Shown piece by piece: positions 38,087 to 47,350 of a stretch of 64,000 bases of DNA; within the stretch, counting starts at the first letter, position 1, and each line of letters starts with the position of its first letter. This stretch comes from Candidatus Omnitrophota bacterium (GTDB taxonomy: Bacteria > Omnitrophota > Gorgyraeia > Zapsychrales > Fredricksoniimonadaceae), in assembly GCA_903944345.1 (NCBI GenBank), contig CAJARJ010000005.1, forward strand, positions 7,890 to 71,889. Reading direction: 5' to 3'. The notes under the pieces are model-generated. The model saw only the letters and a list, made by a program, of their open reading frames with translations. It was not told the origin of the DNA and searched no databases. Both the position numbers and the translations under genes were made by a program.

Positions 38087-39717
38087 AGATTTCTGTCAAA
38101 ATTGTCATGCTGACCGCAATTCTTCTGGGTATTCTTGCGATAGACGGCATTATCAGTCATGGCCTGCTCAAACGAATGGGGAATGAACTCCAGATTGTCG
38201 TTAACAAGGATCTTGTCCTGATTCACTCCGCAACGGCCATAACGCGGTTTCAGCTGCAGAAAGCTGTTGTTTTCGAGCGTGTCCGCCGCATCATTGAAGA
38301 ACTTAATTATCAGACAACAACTGCCGCCCGGATGGATCATTTGCTTTTTCATCTGAACCTGGCCAAAACCAATCTCGATAATCTGGCGCGGGAGGGTGCT
38401 CAGCATATTGTTAATGCCAAAATGTTGATTGATGAAGGATTAAAAGTTCCTGCCGGAGAGGAGTCCAGCAAAAAACTTCTTCTGGTCTCGGGGGTACTCA
38501 GGGAAATTGAAACCGCGCATATCCATTACGACGCTCTTTTGGGCAATCTTTTTTCATCTGTTCTGGCTGGAAATTATGATATCCCGCTTGATGATCTGGA
38601 TCAGATTCACCGGGATGAAAAAAAACTCGGAGTTGAATTGCAGAATCTGATTGACGCCGTTTCACGTTTTACCCATGAATCTCTGGGCAAGTCAGAAACC
38701 TACCAGAAAACAGCCGAACGTATCCTCTGGATCACTTTTCTTATCAGCTTTCTGGCTTCAAGCTTTTTGTGTTTCTCGATTATCTACAGTATTTTTGATC
38801 CTTTAAAAAGCCTTGTTGCCGCTGCAAAACAGATCGGGCGGGGGGATCTTGATGTCAACCTTGCTAGAACATCCAAAGACGAATTCGGTGAACTTTCCAG
38901 AACCTTTAATGAAATGTCCCGTCAACTCAAGGAGTCCCGTAAAGAACTGGAAGCCCAGAGCGATATTCTGCGGCGCAATCTGGAAATTACGGATCAGCAA
39001 AAAGCTGATCTTGAACTGGTTAACCGCGAGCTGGATCGTTTTGTACATACCGTCAGTCATGATATTCGTTCCCCCTTGATGGGGATAGCCTGGTATGCAG
39101 ATTTTCTTAAAAAGCAGTATTTCGAAAGTTTTGATCAGAAAGGCAAGGACAGTCTGCTCGGCGTTTGCAAAGGAGTGGATCGTTGCAACATCCTGATCAA
39201 GGATTTGCTTGCCCTGACAAGAATTACCCGTGTACGAAATCCTTACCAGGAGTCTTCTGCCGCAAGAATTCTGGACGAAGTTATTGCAACTCTTGATTAC
39301 AAAATAAAGGAAAACAGAGTCGATCTGAAAATTAGCCCCAACATGCCGTTATTGGTCTGCGATCCTATCAAGCTTAAAGAAGTTTTTCTTAATCTTCTGA
39401 CCAATGCCATCAAGTTTTCTTCCGGATCAGATGTTCAACCGGTTGTCGAATTCGGTTTTCTGGAACATATCGACGAATATGAGTTTTTTGTCAAAGATAA
39501 TGGTATCGGCATACCGGAGAAATATCATGACGAGATTTTCACCATATTCCATCGTCTTGATACCTCTGAAAAGTATGAAGGAACAGGGGCCGGACTAAGT
39601 ATCGTTAAGAATATCGTAGAAGACCATAAAGGGCGAGTCTGGGTGGTTTCTTCTACCGGTAAGGGAGCGGTGTTTCATTTTACCATTTCCCGGCATCTCC
39701 AGGTCAAAACAGCATAA
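38083..39717 (+). CDS. Sensor histidine kinase (periplasmic helical sensor, HAMP, HisKA, HATPase_c); no adjacent regulator
   Basis: Two TM segments flanking ~190-aa periplasmic domain; HAMP; H-box HTVSHDIRSPL; DNGIGI, GTGAGLSIV. Confidence 0.85.
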   Translation: MKISVKIVMLTAILLGILAIDGIISHGLLKRMGNELQIVVNKDLVLIHSATAITRFQLQKAVVFERVRRIIEELNYQTTTAARMDHLLFHLNLAKTNLDNLAREGAQHIVNAKMLIDEGLKVPAGEESSKKLLLVSGVLREIETAHIHYDALLGNLFSSVLAGNYDIPLDDLDQIHRDEKKLGVELQNLIDAVSRFTHESLGKSETYQKTAERILWITFLISFLASSFLCFSIIYSIFDPLKSLVAAAKQIGRGDLDVNLARTSKDEFGELSRTFNEMSRQLKESRKELEAQSDILRRNLEITDQQKADLELVNRELDRFVHTVSHDIRSPLMGIAWYADFLKKQYFESFDQKGKDSLLGVCKGVDRCNILIKDLLALTRITRVRNPYQESSAARILDEVIATLDYKIKENRVDLKISPNMPLLVCDPIKLKEVFLNLLTNAIKFSSGSDVQPVVEFGFLEHIDEYEFFVKDNGIGIPEKYHDEIFTIFHRLDTSEKYEGTGAGLSIVKNIVEDHKGRVWVVSSTGKGAVFHFTISRHLQVKTA

Positions 39718-39799
39718 CCCCAATCGTTTGAACCAGATTTTTCTTGCGGCTTCTACGCGGTAGTGCTACGCTGAACGTTCAATCTTGAGGCACTTAATT

Positions 39800-40084
39800 A
39801 TGATCGATAATCAAACCGTTCAATATATAGCAGGGCTCTCGCGTTTAAGAGTTCAGGATCAGGACTCCAGTCGTTTTGCCAGGGATCTTGAAGTTATTCT
39901 GCATTATGTCCGGCAACTGGAAGAACTGGATGTGAAGGATGTTCCTGCCACCAGTCATGTTCTGAATATACAAAACGTTTTTCGTAAAGACGAAATTGCG
40001 CCGTCTCTAACCCAGGAGCAGGCTCTTTCCTTTGCGATAGAAAAGAATTCCGGGCATTACATTGTTCCCAAGGTTATTGAATGA
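39800..40084 (+). CDS. gatC: Glu/Asp-tRNA amidotransferase subunit C
   Basis: 95 aa GatC upstream of gatA with overlapping stop/start. Confidence 0.8.
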   Translation: MIDNQTVQYIAGLSRLRVQDQDSSRFARDLEVILHYVRQLEELDVKDVPATSHVLNIQNVFRKDEIAPSLTQEQALSFAIEKNSGHYIVPKVIE

Positions 40085-41508
40085 AACTTTACGACCAGAC
40101 CGCTCAGAAATTAAAAGAGCTCATCGCTTCCGGAGACATTTCACCGCAGGCTATTCAGCAAGCAGTAGAAGAGCGTGCCCGAGCTATTAATCCGCGCACC
40201 AATGCTTTCTTGCGTTTTTACGATCTGCCTTGCACGCAACATGGATCTTTCAGATTGCCTATTGGCTTGAAAGATAATCTTTCTGTCAAGAACCAGCTGG
40301 TTGGCTGTGCCTCACGTATCCTGGAAGGGTATCGAGCTCCTTATGACGCTCATGTTGTCGAGCGTTTACTTGAATCCGGAGCCATTCTGCAAGGCGCTTT
40401 AAATATGGACGAATTTGCTTTTGGGTCTTCAACCGAAACCTCCGCGTTTGGCTCCGCCCGCAACCCCTGGGACACCGAGCGCGTTCCCGGAGGATCCTCC
40501 GGTGGGTCAGCAGCGGCTGTTGCAGCCGGTCAGACGATCTGGGCGTTGGGCAGTGATACCGGAGGCTCAATCCGGCAACCCGCTTCTTTTTGCGGAATTG
40601 TGGGCCTGAAGCCAACTTACGGACGCATTTCACGTTACGGCCTGGTGGCTTTTGGTTCGTCTCTTGACCAGATCGGGCCACTTACCAAAGATGTCACTGA
40701 CTCGGCTTTACTTCTAAACATCATCTCTGGCTTTGACCCCAAAGATTCCACATCAGCAAACTGTCCGGTTCCGGATTATACCCAAGCCTTAACCAGGGAA
40801 ATTAAAGGGCTTCGCATAGGCATTCCCAGGGAATATTTTATTGACGGTATTCAACCCGAAGTTCTAAATGCAGTCCAATCAGCTGTCAAACTTCTGGAAA
40901 AAGCAGGTGCGCAGGTCAAAGACATATCCCTGGCGCATACAAAGTATGCCGTAGCCACTTATTATATTCTGGCCACTGCCGAAGCCAGCTCAAATCTAGC
41001 ACGTTTCGATGGCGTCAAATACGGACGCAGAGCCCAGTCCCGCTCATCCGGGCGTCCGGCCATCATCGATTTGTACGAGACGACCAGAGAACAAGGATTC
41101 GGCGACGAAGCCAAGCGCAGAATCATGTTAGGCACATACGTACTTTCATCCGGCTATTACGACGCTTTTTATTTGCGCGCTCAAAAAGTCAGAACCCTTA
41201 TCAAAAAAGATTTTGAACAAGCTTTTAATGAAGTGGATGTTATCGTTTCTCCGACGGCTCCAACAACAGCTTTTCGTCTGGGGGAAAAGATTAACGATCC
41301 TCTTTCCATGTATCTTTCAGATATTTTCACCATCCCGGCAAACCTCGCGGGCATTCCGGCCATATCTTTGCCCTGCGGTTTTGACTCGAATCAAATGCCG
41401 GTCGGTTTACAAATGATGGCGTCGCCTTTTGCTGAAGAAACACTTTTGAGAACAGCTTTTGCGTATGAACAGGCAACTCCCTGGCATACAGAAAGAGCCA
41501 GGTTATAA
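40081..41508 (+). CDS. gatA: Glu/Asp-tRNA amidotransferase subunit A
   Basis: Amidase signature GGSSGGSAAAVAAG; 475 aa. Confidence 0.95.
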   Translation: MKLYDQTAQKLKELIASGDISPQAIQQAVEERARAINPRTNAFLRFYDLPCTQHGSFRLPIGLKDNLSVKNQLVGCASRILEGYRAPYDAHVVERLLESGAILQGALNMDEFAFGSSTETSAFGSARNPWDTERVPGGSSGGSAAAVAAGQTIWALGSDTGGSIRQPASFCGIVGLKPTYGRISRYGLVAFGSSLDQIGPLTKDVTDSALLLNIISGFDPKDSTSANCPVPDYTQALTREIKGLRIGIPREYFIDGIQPEVLNAVQSAVKLLEKAGAQVKDISLAHTKYAVATYYILATAEASSNLARFDGVKYGRRAQSRSSGRPAIIDLYETTREQGFGDEAKRRIMLGTYVLSSGYYDAFYLRAQKVRTLIKKDFEQAFNEVDVIVSPTAPTTAFRLGEKINDPLSMYLSDIFTIPANLAGIPAISLPCGFDSNQMPVGLQMMASPFAEETLLRTAFAYEQATPWHTERARL

Positions 41509-41510
41509 AT

Positions 41511-42944
41511 ATGGAATTCGAAACTGTTATCGGACTTGAAGTTCACTTGCAGCTCAATACCTGTACGAAAATTTTCTGCAGCTGCCGCAATCTCTTTGGT
41601 GATCAGCCTAATACAAACGTTTGCCCTGTCTGTCTGGGGCTTCCCGGATCGCTTCCTGTGCTCAACCGTAAAGTTCTTGATTTCGGAATCAGAGTCGGAC
41701 TGGCACTGGATTGCGAAATCAGTCCTCTGGTCAAATTTGACCGCAAAAATTATTTCTATCCTGACCTGCCCAAAGGATACCAGATTTCACAATTTGACTT
41801 TCCGATAGCCCGTAAAGGACATATTTCCATAAAAAGCTCTGCTGGTGATAAACGCATAGGGATCACCCGGGCCCACCTGGAAGAGGATGCAGGAAAACTT
41901 ATTCATAATGATCAGAATCGTTCAACCCTGGTCGATTACAATAGAACCGGAACCCCGCTGGTTGAGATTGTTTCAGACCCCGATCTACGTACAGCCCAGG
42001 AAGCTTATGATTATCTAACGGCCCTTAAACTTGTCCTTTCCTATCTTTCAGTCTCTGAATGTGATATGGAGAAGGGCTCTCTGCGCTGTGATGCCAATGT
42101 TTCTATTCGGCCAAAAGGTGACTCCAAACTGGGCACAAAAACAGAATTAAAGAACATGAATTCGTTTAGCGCTGTGAGGCGCGCTATCGATTATGAAGCC
42201 AAACGACAGGAGGGCATTCTTTTATCCGGCGGAGAAATTGTGCAACAAACTCTCCTGTGGGACGATGCCCGTGCTGTAACGCTTCCGATGCGAAGCAAAG
42301 AAAATTCGCACGATTACCGCTATTTCCCTGATCCGGATCTTGTCCCTTTTGTTCTCGATCCTGCCTGGGTTATTGCAGCCCGAGAAGCTCTGCCTGAACT
42401 GCCAACACAAAAACTATCTCGTCTGGTCGAGCATTACAAACTAAATATTTATGATGCAACGATAATCATTCAGGACAGGGAATTGGCCGATTTTTTTGAA
42501 GCCTGTTATCTCATTTATCCGGATGCAAAAAAAATTGCCAACTGGCTGAACGGACCACTGCTAAAGGAATTAAATGAGCGCAAGTGTTCTTTACATGACC
42601 TTGATTTGCTACCTGCGGTTTTAGCAGCCCTGATTGAAAAGGTCGAAACAGCCCAGATCAGCAATCTGGCTGGCAAAGAAGCTCTTTCTCTGTATCTGAA
42701 CAAGAACGGTTCTCTCGAAGAGATTATCCGTAACAAAGGTTTTCTTCAGGTTTCTGATGACCAGCAACTCCTGACTGTAATTGATGAGGTCCTGCGAGAC
42801 AACCCGGCAGCCGTCGCCGAAATCAAGAGCGGTAAAACGAATGTGACCGGATTTCTGGTTGGTCAGGCCATGAAAAAAATGCAGGGTAAGGCCAACCCCA
42901 AAAAACTGAATGAACTAATTACCGGGAGACTCCAGAATGAATAA
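41511..42944 (+). CDS. gatB: Glu/Asp-tRNA amidotransferase subunit B
   Basis: 477 aa; GatB/YqeY; N-terminal cysteine cluster. Confidence 0.95.
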   Translation: MEFETVIGLEVHLQLNTCTKIFCSCRNLFGDQPNTNVCPVCLGLPGSLPVLNRKVLDFGIRVGLALDCEISPLVKFDRKNYFYPDLPKGYQISQFDFPIARKGHISIKSSAGDKRIGITRAHLEEDAGKLIHNDQNRSTLVDYNRTGTPLVEIVSDPDLRTAQEAYDYLTALKLVLSYLSVSECDMEKGSLRCDANVSIRPKGDSKLGTKTELKNMNSFSAVRRAIDYEAKRQEGILLSGGEIVQQTLLWDDARAVTLPMRSKENSHDYRYFPDPDLVPFVLDPAWVIAAREALPELPTQKLSRLVEHYKLNIYDATIIIQDRELADFFEACYLIYPDAKKIANWLNGPLLKELNERKCSLHDLDLLPAVLAALIEKVETAQISNLAGKEALSLYLNKNGSLEEIIRNKGFLQVSDDQQLLTVIDEVLRDNPAAVAEIKSGKTNVTGFLVGQAMKKMQGKANPKKLNELITGRLQNE

Positions 42945-44436
42945 GAAAATATTCGCTCTGCTTTTTATTGCCGCCGGGATACTAACTTTTGCGGGTTATG
43001 CCGTATCACAAAGTGAAAAACATCCTGTCCAGGCGGACGAAACAGTCCTGCAAGCCCAAAACGACCAGAGTGCGCCAATTCCGTTACTGGCACAAAAGTC
43101 TGACACCGATATTGTCACACCTCCTGAAGAAAAAAGCTATCTTAAGGACGATCCCAAAGCAGGAGATCTTTATACCCAGGCCGAACTTTTCAGCTATGCT
43201 CTGACAACAGTCCAGTCAGAATACGTTGACGAAAAACTGCCCAAGGAACTTATTTACGGCGCCTTGGGAGGAATGCTGGGGGCACTTGATCCCCACAGTC
43301 AGTTTCTGACTCCTGATGACTTCGAAGAACTCAGAACAGAAACCAAGGGTCAATTCGGAGGGCTGGGAATAGAAATAACGACCCGGGACGGTCTTTTGAC
43401 CATAGTGACACCTATCGAGGACACTCCGGCATGGAACGCCGGACTCAAGGCAGGTGACAGAATTGTCAAAATTGAAAAAGACCTGACCAGGGACATGAAT
43501 ATAAGCGATGCGGTCAAAAAACTTCGCGGGGTCCCCGGAACGGCTGTCCATATCATGGTGCTTCGGGAATCCGAAGGTAAACTGCTTGATTTTGATATTG
43601 TCCGCCAGATTATTCATGTCCAGGATGTCAAAGATGCGCACATTATTGAAGACGGTATCGGCTATCTGCGTTTTGCCGAATTTCGCGAAAACTCTTATGA
43701 ACAGATAGTCAAAAATCTCCGTCAACTTAAGGAGCAGGGGGCCAATGCGCTTATTCTTGATCTGCGCAACAATCCCGGCGGACTGCTGAATATTGCGATT
43801 GATATAAGCGAAATTTTCTTATCCAAAGGGCAGACTATTGTTTCTACCAAAGGCCGTCATCCTTCCCAGGACAGCATCAGTATTTCGCGCAACAAGAATA
43901 ATGAATTCAAGGAATGGCCGGTTGTTATTTTGATCAATGAAGGCAGTGCTTCAGGCAGCGAAATTGTGGCGGGAGCGCTCAAGGACAATCGTCGTGCTGT
44001 AATTCTCGGCGTGAAATCATTTGGCAAAGGATCGGTACAGTCTGTTATTCCTATGCCTGACGGTTCCGGTCTTCGTCTGACCACAGCAAAATATTTCACC
44101 CCTTCGGGCATCTGCATCCATGACATTGGCATCAAGCCCGATATTATAGTCGAGCGCATTTATCCTGAACTTAAAGAGAACGAATCTGAAGATGCAGAGC
44201 CTTCAGTTCTCAAGAATGGCCTTAAAGATGCCGGTAAGGTTTTTGACTCGGTGGCAGAAATGGACGCGGGGCTAAATCCCCAAGAACAGGAAAAAAAGAA
44301 AAAAGAAGCCGCTCTCAAAAAACGTATAAGCGAAGACAATCAGATCCAAAGTGCGATCAGCGTAATCAAGGGCATTCGCGTTTACAAGACCTTATCATCG
44401 GAACCCGCAGATGGTTCGCCAGAAACAATCCGGTAA
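42937..44436 (+). CDS. ctpA: Carboxyl-terminal processing protease (S41)
   Basis: PDZ domain (GLGIEITTRDG...KAGDRIVKIE), RNNPGGLL, Ser/Lys dyad region GSASGSEI. Confidence 0.85.
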   Translation: MNKKIFALLFIAAGILTFAGYAVSQSEKHPVQADETVLQAQNDQSAPIPLLAQKSDTDIVTPPEEKSYLKDDPKAGDLYTQAELFSYALTTVQSEYVDEKLPKELIYGALGGMLGALDPHSQFLTPDDFEELRTETKGQFGGLGIEITTRDGLLTIVTPIEDTPAWNAGLKAGDRIVKIEKDLTRDMNISDAVKKLRGVPGTAVHIMVLRESEGKLLDFDIVRQIIHVQDVKDAHIIEDGIGYLRFAEFRENSYEQIVKNLRQLKEQGANALILDLRNNPGGLLNIAIDISEIFLSKGQTIVSTKGRHPSQDSISISRNKNNEFKEWPVVILINEGSASGSEIVAGALKDNRRAVILGVKSFGKGSVQSVIPMPDGSGLRLTTAKYFTPSGICIHDIGIKPDIIVERIYPELKENESEDAEPSVLKNGLKDAGKVFDSVAEMDAGLNPQEQEKKKKEAALKKRISEDNQIQSAISVIKGIRVYKTLSSEPADGSPETIR

Positions 44437-45319
44437 GTTCCCGGGATTTATTGCTGTTTTATTTTTGCTGATAGTGGCACTTGGTGTTTTCGGCATTATT
44501 ACAATGCACAAAACGCGCCTTTCACCCGGCGTCACCTTGCCTAAACCCAAAAGTGTGCCGCCTGGAAAAACAGTCAAGAAGATCGCAGCCCCTGTTGTAC
44601 CTAAGAAAATCAGGAAAGCCGGGGCAGTTCCTCAGACCGGAGTAATTGCAGTGGTTCTGGATGACTGGGGATACAATCGTTCCCATTGCCGCTCCCTGGC
44701 CAAAATCAAAGCCCCTATAGGAGTGGCCATTCTTCCTGGTCTTACATATTCCAAAGATGTAATTGCCTGCGCACTGGCCAGCGGTCATGAACCCATGCTG
44801 CATTTGCCTTTTGAGCCGCACCGCAGCAAGGAAATGTATACCGAAGATTACCTCTTAACCAGCGATGAATCAAATGAACAGACAAAAAAACGACTGGATA
44901 TGATTCTTTCCGAGATGAAAGGAGTCGTCGGGGTCAACAATCATACTGGTTCGAAAGGCACAGAAAACCCTGAACTGGTAAAACTTGTTTTGACAGAACT
45001 CAAACGGCGTAAACTGTTTTTTGTAGATAGTGTAACAACCCCTAACAGTGTCTGCGGCACAGTCGCCGCAAACCTCAAGATGCGTATTGGACGAAGAGAT
45101 GTTTTTCTGGACAACAAGAACGAACGCTCTGAAATTGAACGACAATTTTCCCGGGCCGCCAACATTGCCGAAGATACTGGCAGGGTTCTGGTCATAGGCC
45201 ACGACAGAGTTCTGACTCTACAAATTCTTCTGGAGCAAATTTCTAAACTTGAAGCCAGGGGGCTTCGCTTTATTCCCGTTTCGGAATATATAAGAAAATA
45301 TGAATATACTCGGAATTGA
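44411..45319 (+). CDS. Divergent polysaccharide deacetylase family protein (YibQ-like)
   Basis: N-terminal TM; VLDDWGYN and GVNNHTGS motifs typical of YibQ; downstream of ctpA as commonly seen. Confidence 0.7.
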   Translation: MVRQKQSGKFPGFIAVLFLLIVALGVFGIITMHKTRLSPGVTLPKPKSVPPGKTVKKIAAPVVPKKIRKAGAVPQTGVIAVVLDDWGYNRSHCRSLAKIKAPIGVAILPGLTYSKDVIACALASGHEPMLHLPFEPHRSKEMYTEDYLLTSDESNEQTKKRLDMILSEMKGVVGVNNHTGSKGTENPELVKLVLTELKRRKLFFVDSVTTPNSVCGTVAANLKMRIGRRDVFLDNKNERSEIERQFSRAANIAEDTGRVLVIGHDRVLTLQILLEQISKLEARGLRFIPVSEYIRKYEYTRN

Positions 45320-46259
45320 AACCTCCTGCGATGAAACCTCGGCAGCTGTTGTAACTGACGGCTCTGTTCTGCGTTCCAATATTGTTGCTTCCAGCCTTCC
45401 GGATCACCAGCGTTTTGGCGGAGTGATTCCGGAGATCGCTTCCAGGCGTCAACTGGAGTATATTTCCATTGTTGTCAATGAGGCCCTGAGCCATGCTGGC
45501 CTGCGCAAAGAAGACCTGGACGCAATAGCAGTTACTCTTAAACCGGGATTAATCGGATCCCTTCTGGTCGGTATATCCTTTGCCAAAGCCTTCAGTAAGG
45601 CTTTGGCAAAACCTTTTATCGGCGTCAATCATGTCCATGCACATATTTATGCCAACTGTTTGCGAAAAGCAGAAGCCTCTCGTGAGGCCGAACCTGTTTT
45701 ACCAGCTATCGGCCTGGCTGTTTCCGGCGGCCATTCCAGTCTTTATTTTATTCGTGATTTCCGCTCTTTCAAACTTATTGGTGAAACACGCGATGACGCA
45801 GCCGGGGAAGCATACGATAAAGTTGCCCGAATCCTTGGACTCGGTTATCCGGGTGGCCCGGTTATAGACAAGATCGCCCGTTCTGTAAAAAACAACACCT
45901 TGCGTTTCAAATGTGCCCAGCTTGAAGGAAGTTATGATTTCAGTTTCAGCGGCATCAAGACTGCCGTGCTTTACCATGTCCGCGAACATCATGTCCAGCC
46001 TGGGCCGGAAACGGATTGTGTTGTCGCAGCCTTCCAGGAAAGCGTCGTTGCTTCTCTTGTAGAAAAAAGCCTTCTGGCTTGCCGAAAGAAAAAAGTTGGA
46101 ACTCTGCTTGTGGGGGGAGGAGTTTCTGCCAATTCGGCACTCCGGTCGCTTTTATCCAGCCGCGCCCAACAAGAAGGAATCCGGGTTTTCTTTCCCCCGT
46201 TTGAACTTTGTACCGACAACGCTGCCATGATTGCCGGACTGGCATTTCATTATTATTGA
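45300..46259 (+). CDS. tsaD: tRNA N6-adenosine threonylcarbamoyltransferase
   Basis: MNILGIETSCDETSAAVV; Kae1/TsaD HxxH-less bacterial form; 319 aa. Confidence 0.9.
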   Translation: MNILGIETSCDETSAAVVTDGSVLRSNIVASSLPDHQRFGGVIPEIASRRQLEYISIVVNEALSHAGLRKEDLDAIAVTLKPGLIGSLLVGISFAKAFSKALAKPFIGVNHVHAHIYANCLRKAEASREAEPVLPAIGLAVSGGHSSLYFIRDFRSFKLIGETRDDAAGEAYDKVARILGLGYPGGPVIDKIARSVKNNTLRFKCAQLEGSYDFSFSGIKTAVLYHVREHHVQPGPETDCVVAAFQESVVASLVEKSLLACRKKKVGTLLVGGGVSANSALRSLLSSRAQQEGIRVFFPPFELCTDNAAMIAGLAFHYY

Positions 46260-46346
46260 CGGCAATTTGGGATTCTGTTATTCTGCCTGCATCGTTCAAG
46301 GCAAATCTTCCGTCATTATCACTATATATTCTTGCGGAGCTGTATT

Positions 46347-46889
46347 ATGGTTTTTGGCGAAAAAAGACCCGTCCCGACACAGACTCCCTTATCCGCGTCT
46401 CCTAAGACGGTGGAAATCAACGCCGAGATGCACGGTAGTCTTACCTTTAAAGAGAGTGTCGATCTTAAGATCAACGGTATTTTCAGCGGCTCTCTTGATA
46501 TTAAAGGCACTCTGACCGTAGGTGTTAACGCCCAGATCGAAGGAGATATCAACGGCGATAATGTTATTATTGCCGGACGCATCAAAGGAAATGTCAGTGT
46601 CACCCGAATGCTGACATTAATGCCTACCGCTGTACTGATCGGGGATATTTCTTCCCCTAAACTCAATATTGTTGAAGGTGCTGTTTTTCAAGGAACAAGC
46701 CGAATGCCGTCCGAAAGCTCCAACGAGTCAATGAACATAAGGGAACTGGCTTCTTATCTTGAACTGGATGAATCTGTTATTATTGAACTGGTGCGTGCAG
46801 GAAAAATTCCTGTTATCAAGGACGGTGACTCGCTTAAATTCGAGCGCCGGGAAATTGATAACTGGGCTGTATCAGGAATTGTCAAATGA
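46347..46889 (+). CDS. Bactofilin-domain protein fused to a C-terminal excisionase-family (HTH_17) DNA-binding domain (TTG 46332 alternative start)
   Basis: Beta-helical bactofilin repeats INGIFSGSLDIKGTLTVGVNAQIEGDINGDNVIIAGRIKGNVSV...; C-terminal MNIRELASYLELDESVIIELVRAGKIPVIKDGDSLKFERREIDNW. Confidence 0.7.
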   Translation: MVFGEKRPVPTQTPLSASPKTVEINAEMHGSLTFKESVDLKINGIFSGSLDIKGTLTVGVNAQIEGDINGDNVIIAGRIKGNVSVTRMLTLMPTAVLIGDISSPKLNIVEGAVFQGTSRMPSESSNESMNIRELASYLELDESVIIELVRAGKIPVIKDGDSLKFERREIDNWAVSGIVK

Positions 46890-47191
46890 CATTAAGCCCG
46901 TATGTTTCTGTTCGTGAGTCTGCTCAAATCCTCGGAGTAACCGATGGCCGTATCATGCAGTTAATTGAACAACGCAAATTGCAGGCCTACAGAATTGCCG
47001 GACAATATTTGCGTCTGAAACGCTCGGATGTCATGCAATTGAAAAATAGCGGGGACGTGGTGGCGGAAACAGTCAAGTTTCCTTATACTGCCCGGGAGCG
47101 TTTTCTGGACTTCCTGCTGTACAATGACTTTTATATTGCGGCCTTCCTGATCATCGGCGTTCTGATTCTTGTTGTTATGTTCTGGCGGTAG
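46886..47191 (+). CDS. Excisionase-family HTH DNA-binding protein with C-terminal transmembrane anchor
   Basis: ATG overlaps upstream stop (ATGA); VSVRESAQILGVTDGRIMQLIEQRKLQAYRIAGQYLRLKRSDV HTH; C-terminal FYIAAFLIIGVLILVVMFW helix. Confidence 0.6.
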   Translation: MTLSPYVSVRESAQILGVTDGRIMQLIEQRKLQAYRIAGQYLRLKRSDVMQLKNSGDVVAETVKFPYTARERFLDFLLYNDFYIAAFLIIGVLILVVMFWR

Positions 47192-47258
47192 TCAGGATTT
47201 CTCTTGAAAAACACCATTTTTTATCTTATTATAATCGCTCAAAAAGATAGCTATTGAT

Positions 47259-47331
47259 GCCGAGGTAGCTCAGTTGGTAGAGCAAGCGGTTCATACCCGC
47301 TATGTCGTGGGTTCGACTCCCCCCCTCGGTA
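47259..47331 (+). tRNA. tRNA with CAU anticodon (elongator Met-type or tRNA-Ile2 lysidine substrate); no encoded CCA
   Basis: Cloverleaf read by hand: acceptor GCCGAGG/CCTCGGT (G1-U72 wobble), D-arm GCTC-AGTTGGTA-GAGC, anticodon arm AGCGG-TTCATAC-CCGCT, T-arm GTGGG-TTCGACT-CCCCC (one mismatch), discriminator A; followed by T7. Confidence 0.8.
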
Positions 47332-47350
47332 TTTTTTTACTCCTGAAAAT

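Noticed and set aside
46332-47340. Excisionase-family HTH genes next to a tRNA as a possible integrative-element remnant
   Set aside because: No integrase, no direct repeat of the tRNA 3' end, the genes lie 5' of the tRNA rather than downstream of its 3' end, and both flanks are core genes (tsaD, tilS). HTH_17 domains also occur in many non-phage contexts.
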